From: Candidatus Jordarchaeales archaeon
Lineage (GTDB): Archaea > Asgardarchaeota > Jordiarchaeia > Jordiarchaeales > Freyrarchaeaceae
DNA length: 32,000 nucleotides
Direction of reading: 5' to 3'
NCBI GenBank assembly: GCA_038858525.1
Contig: JAWCFL010000005.1
Coordinates: 1-32,000 of the forward strand
Shown here one piece after another: positions 26,384 to 32,000 of this stretch. Each line of letters begins with the position of its first letter. Position 1 is the first letter of the stretch. The position numbers and the translations under genes were made by a program. The notes under the pieces were generated by a model that did not search any database, had not been told where the DNA came from, and saw nothing but the letters and a program-made list of their open reading frames with translations.

Positions 26384-27358
26384 TCACCCACCAATCTGCG
26401 AGCCTACATAGGCGAACTTTGCAAGAAGAGCGCTGAGCTGAATCTCCTCATCCGCCCCCTCACTCATCCTGAAGTCTATTTCTCCGACAGTATCCGCTAG
26501 CTGAGCCTTCCACCTCTCAGGAATATCTAAGTTGAAAAGTTCCCTATGTATCTGTCTGACAACATCTATTCCCGAGAGCCCATACGTTACTAAGAGGTCA
26601 TGTAACTTTTTCCTAGCTTTCACAAAGTCCCCTTTAAGCGCTAGACCGATCATTTCGCGTACCTCCTCCGGCCTCGCCTTGCCAGTAACCATGAAGACTG
26701 AGTCGGCTGTAACAGAGCCACCTATCGCTGCGGCCGCCTGGAGCGTGTTTATTGCACGCCGTAAGTCTCCTCCACACACGTAAAGGATCGCCTCTATACC
26801 GCTGTCATCCAGCATCACTCCTTCTCTCTCAGCTACGTAGAGAAGGCGCCTTGCCAAATCTTCCTTACTCAGGGGCGAAAACCTGAAAAGTGCGCACCTT
26901 GACTGTATTGGCTCAATTATCTTGCTGGAGTAGTTGACTACAAGTATGAACCTGCACGTTCTAGTGAAGCGCTCCATTGTTCTTCTCAAAGCTTGCTGTG
27001 CCTCTTGGGTGAGTGCGTCAGCTTCATCCAGCACCAGGATCTTAAAGGGTACTTCGCCGAGCGGCATTGTCCTAGCAAAATCCTTAACGATGCCTCTGAT
27101 CACATCGATGCCTCTCGCATCGCTCGCGTTAAGTTCCAGAAAGTTTCCTTGAAAATGCTCTCCGAAAAGATCATGAGCCAAACAAAGAGCCGCTGTGGTC
27201 TTGCCGGTGCCGGGCGGCCCTGAAAAAAGGCAATGAGGCATGTCCTTCTTCTCAACGAACGTCCGAAGCCTAGAGACGATCTCTGCCTGATTCACTATCT
27301 CGCTCAGAGTTCTAGGCCTATATTTTTCAGTCCACATTAATGCTTCCTCGCTCGCCAA
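26384..27358 (-). CDS. rfcS: Replication factor C small subunit, no intein
   Basis: [62 protein letters not shown]. Confidence 0.98.
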   Translation of the reverse strand: MASEEALMWTEKYRPRTLSEIVNQAEIVSRLRTFVEKKDMPHCLFSGPPGTGKTTAALCLAHDLFGEHFQGNFLELNASDARGIDVIRGIVKDFARTMPLGEVPFKILVLDEADALTQEAQQALRRTMERFTRTCRFILVVNYSSKIIEPIQSRCALFRFSPLSKEDLARRLLYVAEREGVMLDDSGIEAILYVCGGDLRRAINTLQAAAAIGGSVTADSVFMVTGKARPEEVREMIGLALKGDFVKARKKLHDLLVTYGLSGIDVVRQIHRELFNLDIPERWKAQLADTVGEIDFRMSEGADEEIQLSALLAKFAYVGSQIGG

Positions 27359-27430
27359 GCGCCCACCTCCAAACCAGGCAAAATACGAACCATTCTACTC
27401 TAAATTACTTTGCAAAAAGAAAAAGGTTTT

Positions 27431-28345
27431 TCACATGAAAAATCCGTCAATCTTTGTTTTATCCCTGTACGATTCTACTTTTTTATCACTCTGAAGGAAC
27501 TTAAGGATGCTTGCTGCCTCATCAAGCCGCCCCCTGACTCCTCCACTAACCTTTGCCTCGCAAAGTAAAATCACCTTTCCAAGATAGTTTTGTTCCCGTA
27601 ACACTGAAAGAAAGAACATCCAAGGAACTCCTCCCCTCGCAAGGGGGACGTGCTTTTTTTCTCCTCTTCTCGTGGCAACTACCCCTGAAATATGAACAGG
27701 CATCCTATAACCTTTTAGCTGAATGTGGTCGTCTAAAAGCTCCAGGCGCCTTAATATGCCATCCCTCGTAGTTATAAGTCCTCCACGAGCATAGTCGTGG
27801 GCTATATCCCAACATATAAGACACCCAACTTCCCCCGCAATCCTTACGGTCGTCTCAAAGCTGGCGAAGCTCCCCTTCTTGCCTGCAACTTCTGGAGCAG
27901 GCATAGTCACGTATCCATGCTCTTCCCTTACCTTCATGATTTCCCTTAAGAACTCTTTCACATGTTCCTCAGCATTTTCTCCTGCTGGGCCGCAGTGAAA
28001 GGTTAAATGGTTCGCCAACAAGGCTTCACCAAGCTTAAAATTCATTGTAAAGTGAGCTTTAGCCAGCCTCCTTCTCTTAGAACTAGGCGATGAGATAACG
28101 AGCGTGTATGGCGCATGAACTCCAATCATTATTCCTTCAAAGGCCATTTTAGCCTCCTCAGCCTGAGCTAAGGACGGATACATCAAACCTTGGCTTTTAG
28201 GGTTAACGTAAAGCCTACATCTTGAAAACGAAAGCTCAACAGCGCTCAGCCCCCTCTCCCTCAGACCATTAGCGGCTTCCTCTAGCGCCTCTCTCTCGGT
28301 AAACCTTGTGAAAGGAAAACCGGCAAACCCAACCATAACGCTCAA
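27431..28345 (-). CDS. Endonuclease IV-like TIM-barrel protein (AP endonuclease family 2)
   Basis: HAPY, FH.G, PE..GK, D.AH.YARG, H.SG, E..H, .E metal-ligand pattern; C-terminal PIP-like TKIDGFF. Confidence 0.75.
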   Translation of the reverse strand: MSVMVGFAGFPFTRFTEREALEEAANGLRERGLSAVELSFSRCRLYVNPKSQGLMYPSLAQAEEAKMAFEGIMIGVHAPYTLVISSPSSKRRRLAKAHFTMNFKLGEALLANHLTFHCGPAGENAEEHVKEFLREIMKVREEHGYVTMPAPEVAGKKGSFASFETTVRIAGEVGCLICWDIAHDYARGGLITTRDGILRRLELLDDHIQLKGYRMPVHISGVVATRRGEKKHVPLARGGVPWMFFLSVLREQNYLGKVILLCEAKVSGGVRGRLDEAASILKFLQSDKKVESYRDKTKIDGFFM

Positions 28346-28438
28346 CGCTTAAACGCCTCCATACAAAATAGCTCCGTACAAAATAAAAATCACCAAATTA
28401 AATAAAAATCATCTTCGTGACGGAGACTTTTGATTTAG

Positions 28439-28452
28439 GAGAAACCTTTTAA
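28439..28452 (+). promoter_or_regulatory. BRE/TATA promoter of the SRP RNA gene (GAGAAA-CC-TTTTAA)
   Basis: TATA-like TTTTAA at 28447-28452, ending about 24 bp upstream of the 5' end of helix 1. Confidence 0.65.
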
Positions 28453-28475
28453 CCCCATCATCACCCATAATTTAT

Positions 28476-28834
28476 GGGTGGTGGGTCTAGGCGGGCGGCT
28501 AGGGGTCGCCTGACGGGGAAGCTCCTGCTTCCCTTGACCGCAAATCCCCTATATGGCGGGCCGAAAGCCGGCGTGAGGCGTCTTCAACTCGCCACACATC
28601 CTTCACGCTAAGGCAATGAAAACTCGTCCCAGAGGGCTGGCGGTGGCCGTCCGCCCTCCGTAGGGAGGGTGTGTTCGGCCTTTACTAGGGAAAACCGGCT
28701 AGGCCCGGGAGAGCCGTCATGGCCTCGATGGAGCAACCTAACCCTAGACGTGTGGCGCTTCTGGGGGTGCGGGTTCGAGACCAAACGTGAAGGCCGTGGC
28801 GAGGGGTGGCGTCGATCGCCGGGACTCACCACCC
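28476..28834 (+). ncRNA. ffs: Signal recognition particle (7S) RNA with two insertions
   Basis: 12-bp helix 1 GGGTGGTGGGTC/GACTCACCACCC; Alu helix 3 (28493-28511) and helix 4 (28538-28559) with loop-loop pairing TAGGG/CCCTA; helix 5 pairs (CCGGCG/CGCCGG, CTCGCCAC/GTGGCGAG, CCTTCACG/CGTGAAGG); helix 6 CCCTCC-GTAG-GGAGGG; helix 8 CTAGGG/CCCTAG with SRP54 motif TAGG...AGCA. Confidence 0.93.
28712..28729 (+). other. Putative 18-nt BHB-type intron in SRP RNA helix 8
   Basis: Central 4-bp helix CGGG/CTCG, bulges AG|A and AT|G, intron stem GCC/GGC; excision gives CCC-GGGA-GGG-AGCA. Confidence 0.7.
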
Positions 28835-28835
28835 A

Positions 28836-28843
28836 CTTCTTTT
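28836..28843 (+). terminator. Oligo-pyrimidine/U-tract terminator of the SRP RNA
   Basis: CTTCTTTT immediately after helix 1; convergent with the stop codon of the TtuA-family gene. Confidence 0.55.
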
Positions 28844-28844
28844 A

Positions 28845-29780
28845 TCATGATCCACCTATCTCTTCCAGTAGCTGACAGACCTTACACTTTTCACTTGAGG
28901 CTGGTTGTCCACAGTTGGTGCATGTTGAAACCTTCAATTCCTCTTCTTCTGGGATCAGCTGAGTTATCTTCTCGTGAATCCTGACTATGTTGTACTTCGT
29001 TCCCGGCCTTTGAGTTTCTATCTTGTTAATAAATGCCCTCACATCATCTCTATATGCTTCCGCGTGGTAAGGGCATGGTGTTTCGTGGTAACGTATTCGG
29101 TTGAAGTAAGCGTAGAGGACAATCTCTTCTTCTGGGATTTCCCTTAGAGGTTTCACGCGGGGGACAAATCCCTCCACGTTCCTCCGGGCTGGCTTGTTTC
29201 TCAGGAACCGGGTTAAATCTCCTTTAAGGATGTTCATAAGTATTGTTTGTGCTTCGTCGTCTAGGTTATGTGCCGTTGCCACAACGTCTGCGCCTGCTTT
29301 GACGGCTAGAGTGTTTATTGCTCTCCTTCTCAGAACGCCGCAATACGTGCATGCACCAAGCCTCCTCTCGCCTAGAATTTCGCTCGCGGCGCGTATTATT
29401 TCATCTAGCGTCCTCCCGAACAACTCCTTAAATGAAGTCTTCAACCAGGGAACCTGAAGGCGCCTAACCGCTTCTTCTATAATTTCTAAGGATTCATTCC
29501 TATATCCCTCTATTCCCTCGTCCACTGTTACTGCTATGAGCTCACTTTTCGGGAATCTCTCCTCGAGCTTGGCAAGCACATGGAGGAGAACTACACTGTC
29601 CTTTCCTCCTGAGACCGCAACAGCTATTCTACTGTCAGGCTGAAGCATTCTGTAGCGTGAAATAGTCCTTCTAACCCTGATCTCAACGGACTCTGTAAAA
29701 CATCTTCTGCAAAGCACCTCTCCGGAGTAAGGTCGGTAGACAGCTGCTTCGCGTCCACACCGCATACACTTGCTTTCCAT
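28845..29780 (-). CDS. tRNA 2-thiolation enzyme, TtuA/NcsA(Ncs6) family
   Basis: N- and C-terminal Zn fingers (CMRC..C..C; CTNC..CKVC), SGGKDS PP-loop, CTYCGVLRR, HNLDDEAQT, CPY. Confidence 0.9.
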   Translation of the reverse strand: MESKCMRCGREAAVYRPYSGEVLCRRCFTESVEIRVRRTISRYRMLQPDSRIAVAVSGGKDSVVLLHVLAKLEERFPKSELIAVTVDEGIEGYRNESLEIIEEAVRRLQVPWLKTSFKELFGRTLDEIIRAASEILGERRLGACTYCGVLRRRAINTLAVKAGADVVATAHNLDDEAQTILMNILKGDLTRFLRNKPARRNVEGFVPRVKPLREIPEEEIVLYAYFNRIRYHETPCPYHAEAYRDDVRAFINKIETQRPGTKYNIVRIHEKITQLIPEEEELKVSTCTNCGQPASSEKCKVCQLLEEIGGS

Positions 29781-29810
29781 TCTACATCATTCCCGGGGAG
29801 CAGTCTACGT

Positions 29811-31010
29811 TTAGAGGGGAGTAAACCCTGCTACCAGTAGGGGAACTATGAAGTTTAAAGCGAGGAAGCATATGGCTGTGGCTCTAGCTAAGTTCACGAT
29901 GAGCTTTCTTGTTGAAATTCCTTTCCTAAGTATCGAGGTTTTTTTCTCCTCAGCCACAAAGGAGCTTACTACTTCTTGGAGGATCTTGTCTCCGTCGAAT
30001 GCAGGAATAGGCATCATGTTCACTATGGAAACGCTAAATGAAACTATGAACATCCATTGAAGAACCATGTATACGTGGTTTGGAAACATGTGTCCCAGCC
30101 ACCAAGAGCTGGGGTATGGCAGGTAGAATGGTTGCGGGTACAGGATCCCTATATATCCCTTATACGGGGCTTTAGGATTTATTCCTGCTGTGATCGTTAT
30201 CTCTCCCATGCTTGTTGTCAGATTAAGCGTGTCGAAGGGCTTAACGTTTAGAAGGTATATGTCTAAGGCTAATGGTGACCATATTGGGGTTCCATTTATG
30301 GCGAATAGAACAGTTGAGGGGACAAGCTTACCATAGGCGAAGGACTGTGGGTCAACATTTGTTATGACGACGCCAACGGAAGGACCGTACCAAGGTGAGA
30401 TCACTGCTTGAAAGTTAGCTATGAGCAAGAGGGCTATTAAGGCCGTGGCTACGTTTACAGCGGAGCCAGAACTCAATATTCTGAGCTTAGAACGGGTGCG
30501 CACTTTCTCCATGGCTTCTTCATCTATCTCAACGAATCCTCCCGGCAGAAAGAGGAGCAAAAGAACACCCGACGACTTTATGGGTACCCCTTCCGCCCTA
30601 GCTGCTATACCGTGAGCCAATTCGTGGAATGCAAGCGTTACAACTATTCCAACCAAGGCATAGATAAAGCTGAACCATGTAATTGTGATCCCAGGTATTA
30701 AAGGTATCACGGGTGATGCTTGTTGAGGGCGGAAGAACGCGTTCAGCAGGTTTAATGATAACAAGTATACCCCGTAACCTAGGGCAGAGTAGCTTAGTGG
30801 GATGGAAACGTCTCCCATTACGCGCCATGCCCGGGGAGCTTTAAGTGCAGTCTTCGAGAGAAAATTGTTCAGCTTTGTTGTCCTACAGATGAGGAGAAAA
30901 GGAAGAACATTGAAGCCGTATTTTTCGAGGTTAAACATCTTATCCGCGACCATTAATCCGCCCCAAAAAATGAGTAACGCTACGAGAACGAGCTGCCACT
31001 CCGTAAGCAT
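29811..31010 (-). CDS. Site-2 protease family (M50) intramembrane metalloprotease with PDZ-like insert
   Basis: HELAH zinc motif, GGFVE, SGSAVN, NMMPIPAFDG; several TM segments; soluble PDZ-like segment. Confidence 0.92.
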   Translation of the reverse strand: MLTEWQLVLVALLIFWGGLMVADKMFNLEKYGFNVLPFLLICRTTKLNNFLSKTALKAPRAWRVMGDVSIPLSYSALGYGVYLLSLNLLNAFFRPQQASPVIPLIPGITITWFSFIYALVGIVVTLAFHELAHGIAARAEGVPIKSSGVLLLLFLPGGFVEIDEEAMEKVRTRSKLRILSSGSAVNVATALIALLLIANFQAVISPWYGPSVGVVITNVDPQSFAYGKLVPSTVLFAINGTPIWSPLALDIYLLNVKPFDTLNLTTSMGEITITAGINPKAPYKGYIGILYPQPFYLPYPSSWWLGHMFPNHVYMVLQWMFIVSFSVSIVNMMPIPAFDGDKILQEVVSSFVAEEKKTSILRKGISTRKLIVNLARATAICFLALNFIVPLLVAGFTPL

Positions 31011-31025
31011 TTCCTTTCCCTCCTA

Positions 31026-31044
31026 GTCGCTTACAGTAAGCGAC
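31026..31044. promoter_or_regulatory. Perfect 9-1-9 palindrome GTCGCTTAC-A-GTAAGCGAC upstream of the S2P gene
   Basis: Direct reading; lies between an A/T tract and the GGAGG SD, 15 bp upstream of the ATG. Confidence 0.5.
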
Positions 31045-31158
31045 ACCATATTTTTTGAAGTTTCCTATCCGGAAATGCATCTGGATGCTTTTTTAGATAA
31101 ACTTTAATTGTTTTCACGTTGAAAGATCATATCGGCTAAGTCCTCCCGGGGTGCTTTC

Positions 31159-31644
31159 TTGTCTAATGAGAAAAGATTCGAAATAGAAGTCGAAGCAGTA
31201 AAGACTCCGGTAGGTGACGTTCCAACAATCAGGACAGTCGAGAAAATAATTGAAGGAATGAACGTTTTAAGTGAAGACATGAGCGCCCTCTCACTTTCTT
31301 TCTCCGAATCATTGAAGCCTATTACTACTGAACTGAAAAGTGTCAAGAAGTTGATATCGAAAACTGCTGTTTCCTCTGAAGCGGCCATGGAGGCCGTTAA
31401 AAGACTGGAGCGAAAAATAGATCAACTTTCACAGGAGGAAGCTGAAAGGTGGAGTCGTCTCCAGCAAGTCCTTGCACTAATAACGGAAGCACTTAAAGTG
31501 ATTCACAGCGAAGTTAACGAGAAAACCAACAAGGCAACATCGAAAATTGACAAGCTAATAACTCTGCTAGCTCCCCCTCCACCCGCAAAAAGCACCCCGG
31601 CAAAGCCGGAGAAACAGGCGAAGCCCCTTAAAAAAGTTACTTAA
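31159..31644 (+). CDS. Hypothetical protein: short beta N-terminus, long coiled coil, Pro/Lys-rich tail
   Basis: 161-aa ORF with TTG start after GGGGTG SD; heptad-like helices; no family recognised. Confidence 0.65.
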   Translation: MSNEKRFEIEVEAVKTPVGDVPTIRTVEKIIEGMNVLSEDMSALSLSFSESLKPITTELKSVKKLISKTAVSSEAAMEAVKRLERKIDQLSQEEAERWSRLQQVLALITEALKVIHSEVNEKTNKATSKIDKLITLLAPPPPAKSTPAKPEKQAKPLKKVT

Positions 31645-32000
31645 TCTCTTTCTCCGCTGAACAGCGCCTCGTTAAGCCTCACCTTTTCTCCATCCAACCT
31701 TACTATTCCCATCCTTTCCATCCTAGCCAAAAGGAGTCTTACTTGTCCCTCTGAAACCCCCATCGTCTTAGATAAGTCGCCTATCTTACATTCTCCTATA
31801 CTCTTCAAAATAAAATACGGCTTGTAATTAATATCACCTTCTATCAGCTTCTCAAGAGAACCTAGAACATCCTTCAACTTACTCTTCTCTCCCTCTAAAC
31901 CGGAAACTCTTTCCTTCAAGTATGCGACTTCCCCTTCAAGTTCCCCTATTTTCCCCTCTCTGGTAAGTATCTCCCCCCTCAACCTTGAGATCTCTGATCG
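31641..32000 (-). CDS. Partial CDS (5' end beyond the window): coiled coil plus C-terminal winged-helix domain
   Basis: The frame stays open from 31982 to the window edge (RSEISRLRGE...); heptads LEGEVAYLKERVSGLEGEKSKL; wHTH IGDLSKTMGVSEGQVRLLLARMERMGIV. Confidence 0.7.
   Translation of the reverse strand, partial: RSEISRLRGEILTREGKIGELEGEVAYLKERVSGLEGEKSKLKDVLGSLEKLIEGDINYKPYFILKSIGECKIGDLSKTMGVSEGQVRLLLARMERMGIVRLDGEKVRLNEALFSGERD

Noticed and set aside
15146-27358. Inteins in MCM or RFC
   Set aside because: Lengths (696, 324 and about 418 aa) and contiguous Walker motifs leave no room
28513-28534. Second BHB intron in the Alu domain
   Set aside because: No 4-bp central helix with 3-nt bulges can be formed at junctions that restore the U-turn; kept only as a hairpin insertion
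28476-28834. RNase P RNA as an alternative identity (GGGGAAGCTCC resembles the P4 5' strand)
   Set aside because: No matching ACAGAA...CTTA 3' strand, whereas helices 1-6 and 8 of SRP RNA all fit
28608-28984. Short ORFs at 28608-28832, 28669-28875 and 28787-28984
   Set aside because: They overlap the SRP RNA; GC-rich structured RNA yields stop-poor frames and the peptides resemble nothing
1-32000. CRISPR arrays, IS elements, integrases, rRNA
   Set aside because: No regularly spaced repeats, transposase or recombinase motifs, or rRNA-like tracts were seen

Overview
A gene-dense, mostly housekeeping archaeal window, probably TACK- or Asgard-related (crenarchaeal-type TFE-beta, Gins23-MCM pair, multi-OB Zn-finger RPA, NucS, ZPR1). 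I cannot fix the taxonomy from sequence alone. It holds 31 complete CDS and one partial CDS. These cover replication/repair (nucS, RPA, gins23, mcm, rfcS/L, endonuclease IV-like), a rearranged r-protein block (uL2-uL3-uL4, no uL23), a Moco cluster with ubiX, tRNA modification (truA, TtuA/NcsA family) and metabolism. Two non-coding RNAs are readable by eye: an SRP RNA (about 28476-28834) and a probable box C/D sRNA (18771-18842). The best finding is in the SRP RNA. An 18-nt insertion interrupts the helix 8 tetraloop and folds into a bulge-helix-bulge-like splice motif; removing it at the standard cut positions restores a canonical CCC-GGGA-GGG helix 8. This suggests an intron-containing SRP RNA processed by the tRNA splicing machinery. 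A second insertion, a non-BHB hairpin, lies in the Alu-domain U-turn. The next best finding is a threonine-synthase-like protein with the PLP Schiff-base Lys changed to Arg and a C-terminal winged-helix domain, a likely enzyme-derived regulator. No mobile element, CRISPR array, tRNA or rRNA was found. All family assignments come from motif recognition; no database search was run.
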